Assembly (NCBI GenBank): GCA_035283365.1
Contig: DATETY010000069.1
Location: 21,432 to 85,431, forward strand
DNA length: 64,000 bases
DNA from: Thermoplasmata archaeon
Lineage (GTDB): Archaea; Thermoplasmatota; Thermoplasmata; RBG-16-68-12
Reading direction: 5' to 3'
Positions 52,774-60,733 of the stretch are shown here, in pieces. Below the pieces are notes generated by a model. The model ran no database searches, was not told the DNA's origin, and saw only the letters and a list, made by a program, of their open reading frames with translations. The position numbers were made by a program, and so were the translations under genes. How positions within the stretch are numbered: the stretch's first letter is position 1; each line of letters starts with the position of its first letter.

Positions 52774-53775
52774 ATGCGGTACTTCGTCACGGGCGCGACG
52801 GGGTTCATCGGCGGCCATGTCGCGCGTCAGCTCGCCGAGGCGGGACACGATGTCGTGGCCCTGGCCCGGTCCCGAGCCAAGGCGGGAGGCCTCGAGGCCG
52901 CCGGCCTCGTGGTCGCGACGGGAGACGTCACGGACCAAGCGTCCATGCGGGTCCCCATGGAGGGGGCGGACGGGGTGTTCCACCTCGCGGCCTGGTACAA
53001 GGTCGGGGTGCGGGACAAGTCGCCCGCCTGGTCGATCAACGTGGACGGCACGCGGAACGTGCTCGAGCTCGCGTCCGAGCTCGGCGTGCCGAAGACCGTG
53101 TACACGAGCACCCTCGCCGTGTTCTCGGACACGCGCGGCCAGATCGTCGACGAGTCGTATCGCCACGACGGGCCCTTCCTGAGCGAGTACGAACGGACGA
53201 AGTGGACCGCGCACTACGAGGTCGCGCAACCCATGATCCGGAAAGGCCTCCCGATCGTCGTCGTGCAGCCCGGCGTCACGTACGGCCCGGGGGACGAGGG
53301 CCCCATGTACGACCTCCTCGCGCGATACCTCACGGGCACGCTCCCGCTGGTCCCCCGAGGTACCGCGTACTGCTGGGGCCACGTGGAGGACACGGCCCGA
53401 GGCCACGTGCTCGCGATGGAGCGGGGCCGGCCCGGAGAGAGCTACATCCTCGCGGGCCCGCCGCACTCCCTCGAGGACGCCCTCCTCCTCGCGGAGCGCC
53501 TCACGGGGATCCCACTCCCGCGCCGCCGCGCGTCCCCGGCCATGATGCGATTCCTCTCGCGGCTCATGGGTCTCGTGGGGCGGGTCAAGGATCTCCCCGA
53601 GGCGTACGACCCGGAGGGCCTCCGGGTTCTCGCGGGGGCCACGTACCTCGGGACGAGCGCTAAGGCGGAGCACGAGCTGGGATTCAGGGCGAGGTCCCTC
53701 GAGGACGGCCTCCCGGAGGCGTTGCGGGATGCGATGGACCGCCTCGGGGTGCGCCCCGCGGCACGAGACGAGTGA
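52774..53775 (+). CDS. NAD-dependent epimerase/dehydratase family protein (extended SDR)
   Basis: 333 aa with YFVTGATGFIGGHV and YERTK. CTTAAG box at 52738-52743. Confidence 0.8.
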   Translation: MRYFVTGATGFIGGHVARQLAEAGHDVVALARSRAKAGGLEAAGLVVATGDVTDQASMRVPMEGADGVFHLAAWYKVGVRDKSPAWSINVDGTRNVLELASELGVPKTVYTSTLAVFSDTRGQIVDESYRHDGPFLSEYERTKWTAHYEVAQPMIRKGLPIVVVQPGVTYGPGDEGPMYDLLARYLTGTLPLVPRGTAYCWGHVEDTARGHVLAMERGRPGESYILAGPPHSLEDALLLAERLTGIPLPRRRASPAMMRFLSRLMGLVGRVKDLPEAYDPEGLRVLAGATYLGTSAKAEHELGFRARSLEDGLPEALRDAMDRLGVRPAARDE

Positions 53776-53884
53776 CGAGGCCGTCGGGTGGGATCGGGCC
53801 AGCCCAAGTCGTCATCGTGGCTTGACCCGGGCGCGGTCGCACGACGCCACGTGTCTCCACGGAACTCTCGGGCGGCCGGCCCGT

Positions 53885-54472
53885 TCAGAGGAGCTTCATG
53901 AGGTCCGACTTCGTGACGATCCCGGTCACGTCGCCCTTCGTCGTCACGAGGACCGCGTTGTAATGCCGCAGGAGCCCCGCCGCGAGCTCGACGGGGGCTT
54001 TCGCGTCCACTTGGGGGAACGCGGGCTCCATGACCTCGTCGACCCGGATGTGCGAGAGCTCCCTGGGGTCTCGCCCGCTCAGGATCAGGTTGTTGATCAC
54101 CTTGTCCGAGATCGAGCCCACCGGGTGGCCGTTGTGGAACACGGGCATCTGGGAGAACTTCCATCGCCGCATCTCCCCGGCGGCCGCCTCCAGGGGGAGC
54201 TTCGCCTCGATGACCTGGACCTTCCGGGTCTGGATCTGGTCCACGAGCGCCTTCTTCTCCTGCTTCTTGAGCTCCTGCTGGAGCGCGTTCATGATCCGCC
54301 GGACGACGTCGTAGGACGGGTTCATCTGCTTCTTCTCGATTTTCACGATCGTGGACTGGCTCACGTTCGAGAGGCGGGCGAGGGCCGTCTGGGTGAGGCC
54401 GAGCGCCTTCCGGAGCCGGGGGATCTCGTCGAGGTCCGGCAACATGCGCTCGGGAACGCGGAGCCCGTACAT
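53885..54472 (-). CDS. HTH (XRE-type) + CBS-pair transcriptional regulator
   Basis: 195 aa. The N-terminal LRKALGLTQTALARLSNVSQSTIVKIEKK is followed by two CBS-like repeats (...MPVFHNGHPVGSISD..., ...AVLVTTKGDVTGIVTKSDL). Confidence 0.8.
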   Translation of the reverse strand: MYGLRVPERMLPDLDEIPRLRKALGLTQTALARLSNVSQSTIVKIEKKQMNPSYDVVRRIMNALQQELKKQEKKALVDQIQTRKVQVIEAKLPLEAAAGEMRRWKFSQMPVFHNGHPVGSISDKVINNLILSGRDPRELSHIRVDEVMEPAFPQVDAKAPVELAAGLLRHYNAVLVTTKGDVTGIVTKSDLMKLL

Positions 54473-54503
54473 ATTCCCTTCGGAATTTTTCAGGGGAAGC
54501 GGA

Positions 54504-54509
54504 TATTAA
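54504..54509 (-). promoter_or_regulatory. TATA box for the HTH-CBS regulator gene
   Basis: TTAATA on the minus strand (plus-strand ATATTAATAG) lies 32-37 nt upstream of ATG 54472. Confidence 0.5.
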
Positions 54510-54598
54510 TAGACGCGAACCGGTAGCGCGAATCGGAATAGCCGCGATGCCCCACTGGATTCCCGTTCCGCGTCCTCGCGGCCCGGACGACAAAGTCC

Positions 54599-54604
54599 AT
54601 ATAT
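54599..54604 (+). promoter_or_regulatory. TATA box for SAM synthetase
   Basis: ATATAT lies ~41-46 nt upstream of TTG 54645. Confidence 0.45.
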
Positions 54605-54644
54605 GGACCTGGGACTTCGGCCCGTTCAACCCGGGGGGCGCCCG

Positions 54645-55841
54645 TTGAGCCGCGGCATCTTCGTGGAAGAACTTCGTCATACGCCGATCGAGGAGCAGGG
54701 CACGGAAATCGTCGAGCGGAAGGGGATCGGCCATCCGGACAGCGTCGCGGACGGGATCGCGGAGGCCGTGTCCCGCGCCCTGTGCGCGATGTACATCGAG
54801 CGGTATGGCCGGATCCTGCACCACAACACGGACCAGGGAGAGGTCGTCGGAGGCCAGAGCGCCCCGAAGTTCGGGGGCGGCACGGTCCTCGAGCCCGCGT
54901 ACATCCTCCTCGTCGGGCGGGCCGTGACCCAAGTGAACGGGGAGCGCCTCCCGTACCGCACGACGGCCGTCCAGGCGGCCCACGACTACCTCGAGACGAA
55001 CTGCACGAACCTGAGCGTCGACGCGGACGTGATCATCGACTGCAAGATCGGGCAGGGCTCCATCGACCTGCGCGGCCTGTACGACACGCAGAAGCACCTC
55101 GCGAACGACACGTCGTTCGGAGTGGGCTTCGCCCCCTTCTCGGAGACGGAGACCCTCGTCCTGAGGACGGAGGAACTCATCAACGGCCCCCTCAAGAAGG
55201 ACCTCAAGGAGGTCGGCCAAGACATCAAGGTGATGGGCGTCCGGAGCGCCGACACGATCCGGCTCACGATCGCGGCCGCCATGGTGGACCGCTACATCCC
55301 GGACAAGGACCACTACCGGAACGTGATCGAGGAGCTGCGCGAGCGGGTCCTCGACCACTCGGTGAAGTTCACGGATCGCAAGGTCCTCGTGGACGTGAAC
55401 ACGGGAGACAGCTACGACGCGGGGATCTACTACCTGACCGTCACGGGCCTCTCCTGGGAGAACGGGGACGACGGGTCCGTGGGCCGCGGGAACCGCGTGA
55501 GCGGCCTCATCACGCCCTACCGGCCCATGTCCATGGAGGCGGCCGCGGGCAAGAACCCCGTGACCCACGTGGGGAAACTGTACAACCTCCTCGCGTTCGA
55601 CATCGCGGACCGGATCGCGAAGGAGCTCGAGTCGAGCGTGCGGGAGGTGTGGGTCCGGATCGTCTCCCAGATCGGGAAGCCGATCGAGGAGCCCCAGGCC
55701 GCGTCGGTCCAGATCAGCCCCGCGCCCGGCGTGACCCTGAACAAGTTCCGGACCGACGCGGAGTCGATTGTCGCGGAAGGCCTCGACGGGATCTCGAAGA
55801 TCACGGAACGGATCGTCCAGGGAAAGGTCCGCGTCTTCTGA
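54645..55841 (+). CDS. metK: archaeal-type S-adenosylmethionine synthetase
   Basis: Carries ERKGIGHPDSVADGIAEAVSRALC...HHNTDQ. I prefer TTG 54645 (M-SRGIFVEEL, matching the MRNIIVKKL-type N-terminus of methanogen MAT). Track ATG 54603 lies inside the TATA-like ATATAT at 54599-54604. Confidence 0.9.
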   Translation: MSRGIFVEELRHTPIEEQGTEIVERKGIGHPDSVADGIAEAVSRALCAMYIERYGRILHHNTDQGEVVGGQSAPKFGGGTVLEPAYILLVGRAVTQVNGERLPYRTTAVQAAHDYLETNCTNLSVDADVIIDCKIGQGSIDLRGLYDTQKHLANDTSFGVGFAPFSETETLVLRTEELINGPLKKDLKEVGQDIKVMGVRSADTIRLTIAAAMVDRYIPDKDHYRNVIEELRERVLDHSVKFTDRKVLVDVNTGDSYDAGIYYLTVTGLSWENGDDGSVGRGNRVSGLITPYRPMSMEAAAGKNPVTHVGKLYNLLAFDIADRIAKELESSVREVWVRIVSQIGKPIEEPQAASVQISPAPGVTLNKFRTDAESIVAEGLDGISKITERIVQGKVRVF

Positions 55842-55888
55842 GCCGCGCGGGGCGCGGGTCCGAACCTATTTATCCCGATGCCCGTTTC

Positions 55889-57184
55889 GTGCGCGGGGGG
55901 CGCCCGCTGAACGAGGACGTCGCGTTCATCCACGGCCAGGTGGACCGCCACCACGCATGGTTCGCCACGTGCCTTCCCATGATCGCCTCCGAGAACGTGA
56001 TCAGCCCGCTCGCCCGCGAGCTCCTCGTGAGCGACTTCGGGGACCGGTACGCGGAGGGCTGGCCGCGGGAGCGGTACTACCAGGGCCTCACGTACGTGGA
56101 CGAGGTCGAGGAGCGCGTGATCGCGCTCGCGAAGCGCCTCTTCCACGTCCGCCACGCGGACTCGCGGCTCGTGAGCGGGACCGTGGCGAACATGGCCGTG
56201 TACTTCGCCCTTCTCGAGTACGGGGACATCATGACGTCCGTGGCCCTGAGCCACGGGGCGCACATCTCGTCCGCGAAGTTCGGCGCGGCGGGGTTCCGGG
56301 GCGTCCACAACGTGAACTATCCGTTCGACGTGGAACGGATGAACATCGACGTGGACGGGACCGCGAGGCTTCTCCGGCAGGTCCGCCCGAAGGTCGCCGC
56401 GTTCGGCCAGAGCGTGTTCCTGTTCCCGACCCCACTCAAGGAGCTGCGGGACGCGTTCCAAGAGGCGGGTTGCCACGTCTGGTACGACGGCGCGCACGTG
56501 ATCGGCCTCATCGCGGGCGGGATGTTCCAGGATCCCCTCCACGAGGGCGCCGACGTGATGACGGGCTCCACCCACAAGACCCTCCCGGGCCCCCAGCACG
56601 GCATCCTGCTCTCCGACTCCGACGACGAGAAGTTCGTCAAGCGCCTCGTGAAGGCCGTCTTCCCCGGCGTCGTGTCGAACCACCACCTCCACGCGATGGC
56701 CGCCCTCGGGGTCACCCTCGCGGAGCACCTCGAGTTCGGCCGCGCGTACGCGGAGCAGATCGTGAAGAACTCGAAGGCGCTCGCCCAGGCCCTCCACGAG
56801 CGCGGGATCAAGGTCCTCGCGGAGAAGCACGGGTTCACGGAGAGCCACACGGTCGCCCTGGACGTCGCCGCGGTCGGGGGCGGCGCGAAAGTCGCGACGG
56901 ACCTCGAGCGGGCGAACATCATCACGAACAAGAACCTCCTCCCATGGGACACGTCCCCCGTGAAGCCGAGCGGCGTGCGGCTCGGGACCCAGGAGCTCAC
57001 CCGCCTGGGGATGAAGGAGCCCCAGATGCGGGAGGTCGCGGACCTGATCGCCCGCGTCGCGCTCAAGGGAGAACCCCCCGCGAAGATCGCCGCCGACGTC
57101 GGGGCGATGCGGCGGGACTTCAACCGGGTGCACTACTGCTTCACGCCGGACGCGGAGGCCCACCGACGCTGGCGGATCACTTGA
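55889..57184 (+). CDS. glyA: serine hydroxymethyltransferase
   Basis: Carries IASENVISP, RYAEGWPRERYYQG and the PLP motif TGSTHKTLPGPQHG. There is no in-frame ATG before IASEN, so GTG 55889 is the best candidate start. It is the last 431 codons of track ORF 54782..57184. Confidence 0.9.
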   Translation: MRGGRPLNEDVAFIHGQVDRHHAWFATCLPMIASENVISPLARELLVSDFGDRYAEGWPRERYYQGLTYVDEVEERVIALAKRLFHVRHADSRLVSGTVANMAVYFALLEYGDIMTSVALSHGAHISSAKFGAAGFRGVHNVNYPFDVERMNIDVDGTARLLRQVRPKVAAFGQSVFLFPTPLKELRDAFQEAGCHVWYDGAHVIGLIAGGMFQDPLHEGADVMTGSTHKTLPGPQHGILLSDSDDEKFVKRLVKAVFPGVVSNHHLHAMAALGVTLAEHLEFGRAYAEQIVKNSKALAQALHERGIKVLAEKHGFTESHTVALDVAAVGGGAKVATDLERANIITNKNLLPWDTSPVKPSGVRLGTQELTRLGMKEPQMREVADLIARVALKGEPPAKIAADVGAMRRDFNRVHYCFTPDAEAHRRWRIT

Positions 57185-57761
57185 GGGAGTCCGCGCGCAC
57201 GTTGAGGAGCACGTCCACGAGGTGGCGGAACCCGTCCTCGACGCCTCGCCCCGTCTTCGCGCTCGTGTACGACCAGGGCCAGCCGCGCGCGTGGCAGAAC
57301 GCGTCGATCTCGGACTCCTTCACAGCCCGGTCCGCCTCGAGGTCCGCCTTGTTCACCACGACGTACGTCGGGACATCGCCCGCGACGGCTCGGATCGAAC
57401 GGGCCCACGCGTCGAGCTCGCCGAGGGTCTCCTCCCGGGTCAGGTCCGCGACCGCGAGGATGCCCTGGGCTCCGTGATAGTACGCCTCCTTGAGGAGCTC
57501 GCGCAACGTCCGGGTGCCCATCACGTCCCAGAGGATCGTGTGGACCTCCACGAGCTTGCTGGTCAGGGGGTCCGTCGCGATGAGGGATTTCTTCGAGACC
57601 TTCGTGCCCAGGGTTGCCACGTACCGGTCGTCGTACTCATCGAGGACGTACCTCCGGATCAGGGACGTCTTCCCGACGGCCGCCTCCCCGGCCATGCACA
57701 CCTTGAGCTTCACGGTGTCCGCCGTGAACACGGGCTCTCCCGGGGCGATCGGCGGGCTCAC
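57177..57761 (-). CDS. Ras/Rab-like small GTPase
   Basis: 194 aa with G1 GEAAVGKT, switch I YVATLGT, G3 WDVMG, G4 NKAD and G5 TSAK. Its GTG start overlaps the upstream stop (GTGA). Its 3' end overlaps the convergent glyA by 8 nt. Confidence 0.9.
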   Translation of the reverse strand: MSPPIAPGEPVFTADTVKLKVCMAGEAAVGKTSLIRRYVLDEYDDRYVATLGTKVSKKSLIATDPLTSKLVEVHTILWDVMGTRTLRELLKEAYYHGAQGILAVADLTREETLGELDAWARSIRAVAGDVPTYVVVNKADLEADRAVKESEIDAFCHARGWPWSYTSAKTGRGVEDGFRHLVDVLLNVRADSLK

Positions 57762-58087
57762 GGCTCGTGCGCCTCCGCGCTTTGGCGGGCCGATTCCGCG
57801 GCTTCCCGGTCCCCGAGGAGGCCGTGCAGCTTCGCCTTGAAGATCCAGGCTCCCGGGTATCTCGGATCGATCCGCAGGACCCGCTCGAGTACGGACAGGC
57901 CCCCGCCCACATCGCCGTCCCGGAGCCGGAGGGCCGCGAGGACGAACAGCGCGTCCACGTCGTCCGCGTTCGCGCGGAGCCGTTCGCGCACGAGGGCGTC
58001 CGTGTCGGGACGTTCATGGGTCACGGGGTTGATCTCCTCGAGAGAAGGCGGCTCGGGGCGGGACGCGAACTCCTGATCGGGCCGCAT
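57758..58087 (-). CDS. small TPR protein
   Basis: ATG 58087 gives 109 aa with two TPR-like units (DALFVLAALRLRDGDVGGGLSVLERVLRIDPRYPGAWIFKAKLHGLLGDREAA). Track start 58195 would overlap the upstream gene by 52 nt. Confidence 0.65.
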   Translation of the reverse strand: MRPDQEFASRPEPPSLEEINPVTHERPDTDALVRERLRANADDVDALFVLAALRLRDGDVGGGLSVLERVLRIDPRYPGAWIFKAKLHGLLGDREAAESARQSAEAHEP

Positions 58088-58143
58088 GCAGGCCGGCCCA
58101 ATTAAACATTCTTGCGCAGAATTGAACGGAGAATGCGAACATG

Positions 58144-59550
58144 TCAACGGAACCTGGGAATTCGGGTCCTCGCGCGACGGGCCCAGTCCGTCCACGCGCG
58201 GCCCCGGTAGCCGCCGCCGAGGAGGGTCCGGACCGCGGGGGCCGCGCGGTCCAGCTTGCTGATCCGACCGTCCCAGTTCGCCAGGGCCGGGCCGTGGGCG
58301 TCCTCGATCTCCTGGACGGCAGCCTGGAGCTGGGGAAGCAGGTACCGCACGTCGCCGCGGGACAGGATCGCCGCGAGCACGACGTGCTTCCCGCGCACGA
58401 TCGCGGCGTGCCGTCCCCCGAACGCGAACTCGTCGAGGGTCGCCTCGCTCCGGAACGAATCGCGCACGAACTCCTGGATCGCGACGAGCATGGACGCGAC
58501 GAGGTCGTCGTCCTTCTTGAGCGCGGGCCCACGACTCTGGTGGTGGATCAGGAGCCCGCTCCGGTGCATGAGGAAGACCTCGTCGATCCGGAGGCGCCGT
58601 TGGCCGAGGAACAGGAGGACGATGATGGCTCCCAGGACGGGCAGGACGAGGGCCGCGAGGGCGGCGAGGAGGCCCTCGGGCGGCACGATGGCGGTCGGGA
58701 GTACGACGATCGCGGCGTCCAGCGTGATCGACGGCACGGGGCGACGGTCGTAGTCCTCGTATGCGAACACGAGTCGGATCAGGAGGGACTCCCCGGCCGA
58801 CGAATTCGTCGGGAGCAGGACCTCGAACTCAAGACCCTGCGCGCTGCCCGAGGTGAGCTCCGGGACGAACAGCGTGAGGTTCGTTCCCTCGTCGATCACG
58901 AGGCGGGCGTCCGGGACGATCGTCACGCTCACGTTCCAGGCCGAATCGGACGCGTCCCGCTCGTTGAACACCTCGACGCGCACGTTCACCTTCTCCCCGG
59001 CCCGGATGGCGGCGAGGAGCGGGTCCACCTCGAAGCGCAGGACAGAGCCCCGGACGTCCACGGCCGCGACGCCCCCAGGAGGCGTCGTGTACGTGCCCCC
59101 GGAGAAGGTCGTCGCGCTGATCGTCGCGTTCGCGGCGCCGACGGCCGCGTTGGGCCCGACGGCCGCATCGATCGTCCATCTGATGGAGCCCGAGCGAAGG
59201 CCCGTACACTCCCAGGACAGGGCCCCGGTCCGGGAGCACTGCGACGGCCCCGTCGCGTTCGACGTGTCCGGGATCAGGTCCGACTCGAAGCTGAGGTTCA
59301 CCCACGCGACCTGGAGGGACCCCGAGCCCGTGAGGTTCAGCCAGGCATTGAACCGGACGGGGTCCGTGCGGCCCGCCGCCGTCGCGTCCGCGACGATCGC
59401 GACGGATCCGCCCGGCACGGCGGGCGACGCCCCGAGGCCGGGCGCACCGGCCGCGCGGGGCCCGGCGAGGACCGCCAGGACGACGAAGAATAGGGCGAGC
59501 GCGGCGAGGAATCTCACGGGATCCCGAATCTCATGGGGACGGCCGCTCAT
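58144..59550 (-). CDS. type I membrane protein: sequon-rich beta ectodomain + TM + cytoplasmic Roadblock/LC7/MglB-like domain
   Basis: 468 aa. It has an N-terminal hydrophobic signal/anchor, 7 N-x-S/T sequons and a TM helix at aa ~293-316. The C-terminal VFLMHRSGLLIHH...DDLVASMLVAIQEFVRDSF...LDEFAFGGRHAAIVRGKHVVLAAILS matches MglB block by block. Confidence 0.8.
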   Translation of the reverse strand: MSGRPHEIRDPVRFLAALALFFVVLAVLAGPRAAGAPGLGASPAVPGGSVAIVADATAAGRTDPVRFNAWLNLTGSGSLQVAWVNLSFESDLIPDTSNATGPSQCSRTGALSWECTGLRSGSIRWTIDAAVGPNAAVGAANATISATTFSGGTYTTPPGGVAAVDVRGSVLRFEVDPLLAAIRAGEKVNVRVEVFNERDASDSAWNVSVTIVPDARLVIDEGTNLTLFVPELTSGSAQGLEFEVLLPTNSSAGESLLIRLVFAYEDYDRRPVPSITLDAAIVVLPTAIVPPEGLLAALAALVLPVLGAIIVLLFLGQRRLRIDEVFLMHRSGLLIHHQSRGPALKKDDDLVASMLVAIQEFVRDSFRSEATLDEFAFGGRHAAIVRGKHVVLAAILSRGDVRYLLPQLQAAVQEIEDAHGPALANWDGRISKLDRAAPAVRTLLGGGYRGRAWTDWARRARTRIPRFR

Positions 59551-59672
59551 GGACTTTGCGCCGCGGTTATCGAATGGCCGTTCCTATGGAGAAACCGATG
59601 GCGAGGCGAGAACCTTTATATGGATAGGTCCGCATCGGCACGCTCCGGTCGGACGACGAGGGACGGGGCGGC

Positions 59673-60533
59673 TTGCTTGACGAGCTGAAGCTGAAGAGAG
59701 AACGCGAGAACGCGGAGGCGGAACGCCACCGCCGGCGGCGCGACGAACTCAACGACAAGACGCGCGAGTGGGTCGCGAAGCGGGACGAACTGAACGCACA
59801 GGTGCGCGGTCTCGTAGAGGAGGCGACCGGGCACCGGATCAAGCGGGACGAGCTCAACGCGGAGGTCAAGAAGGCGAAGGAGGAGCGGGACATCTGGAAC
59901 CGCAACCGGAACGAACTCCTCGACAACCTCAACGAGGTGAAGCGGCGGAAGCTCCCGCGGGGCGCGATCCCCGTCGGGAAGCTCAAACGAGACCTGAAGG
60001 CCCTCGAGTTCAGGCAGATGACCTCCGTCCTCACGGTGGACAAGGAGCGCGCGCTCATCGAGGAGATCCAGCGCCTCCAGGCCGAGGTGAAGCGGCTCGA
60101 GAAGTCCCTCGAGGAGAACGAAGAGGTGAAGGCCTTGATCGCCACGCTGAAGGACGCGGAGGACCGGGCCGAGGCGGCCCACCGCCGGGTCGGGCAGCTC
60201 GCGGAGCAGGCCCAGGCGGAGCACGACCTGATGACCAGCCTGTACGAACAGTCCGACGAGCTCCGCCGGCAGGCGGACAACGCCCAGGAGGAGTTCATCA
60301 AGACGAAGATGCTCGCGGACGAGGAGCACCGGAAGCACATCGAGCACATCCGCCAGGTCCACGACTACGACAAGATCGTGCAGGGGATCTGGCTGAAGGA
60401 GCGCACGACGACGGGCGTGGAGGAGGAGGTCGACGCGAGGCGCCAGGCCGAGGAGATCTTCGAGCGCTTCAAGAAAGGGGAGAAGCTCTCCACGGAGGAT
60501 CTCATGACCCTCCAGAAGAGCGGGTACCTTTGA
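59673..60533 (+). CDS. archaeal coiled-coil protein (COG1340-like)
   Basis: 286 aa, TTG start, heptad-rich and highly charged (KRDELNAQV..., KRDELNAEVKKAKEERD...). CTTTATAT lies at 59614-59621. Confidence 0.7.
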   Translation: MLDELKLKRERENAEAERHRRRRDELNDKTREWVAKRDELNAQVRGLVEEATGHRIKRDELNAEVKKAKEERDIWNRNRNELLDNLNEVKRRKLPRGAIPVGKLKRDLKALEFRQMTSVLTVDKERALIEEIQRLQAEVKRLEKSLEENEEVKALIATLKDAEDRAEAAHRRVGQLAEQAQAEHDLMTSLYEQSDELRRQADNAQEEFIKTKMLADEEHRKHIEHIRQVHDYDKIVQGIWLKERTTTGVEEEVDARRQAEEIFERFKKGEKLSTEDLMTLQKSGYL

Positions 60534-60564
60534 GGCGCCACCGCCCCGAAGGCGATGACAAATC

Positions 60565-60572
60565 CTTAAATA
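60565..60572 (+). promoter_or_regulatory. orphan TATA box in the coiled-coil/srp54 spacer
   Basis: CTTAAATA has no ORF start 25-35 nt downstream. It precedes the 60607-60654 hairpin and a T5 run. Confidence 0.35.
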
Positions 60573-60606
60573 TCGGAATCCGGATACAACGTTTCGGGGG
60601 AATTTC

Positions 60607-60654
60607 GGGCTAGTTCGTTAGAGTGCATCCCATCCCTTCTGACAAGACTAGCCC
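60607..60654. repeat. 8-bp inverted repeat enclosing 32 nt
   Basis: GGGCTAGT ... ACTAGCCC, followed by CCCTTTTT at 60661-60668. Confidence 0.6.
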
Positions 60655-60702
60655 TCCCTTCCCTTTTTAATAGACTGCGCGACGCGGCATCCGCAGGCCA
60701 AC

Positions 60703-60708
60703 CTTAAT
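60703..60708 (+). promoter_or_regulatory. TATA-like box for srp54
   Basis: CTTAAT lies 26-31 nt upstream of ATG 60734. Confidence 0.5.
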
Positions 60709-60733
60709 GCCCGAACGACCCTTCGAGTCCTGA

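Noticed and set aside
54473-54500. ORB-like element (TTCC-N4-GGAA-N7-GGGG) suggesting a replication origin.
   Set aside because: Its spacings differ from the ORB consensus (TTCC-N3-GGAA-N6-GGGG). Only one such copy exists, and there is no orc1/cdc6 gene or flanking repeat set. An operator or promoter function fits better.
55878-55910. Out-of-frame ATG 55878 upstream of glyA and a G6 run (55895-55900) that could hide a frameshift giving an ATG start.
   Set aside because: The ATG sits only 5 nt after the TATA-like ATTTAT (55868-55873), and it would need an extra G to be in frame. The in-frame GTG 55889 gives an N-terminus of normal length.
60552-60642. C/D-box sRNA (GCGATGA ... CTGA) in the srp54 upstream spacer.
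   Set aside because: The C box deviates from RUGAUGA. No C'/D' boxes are present. The box spacing (~88 nt) is too long for archaeal C/D sRNAs.
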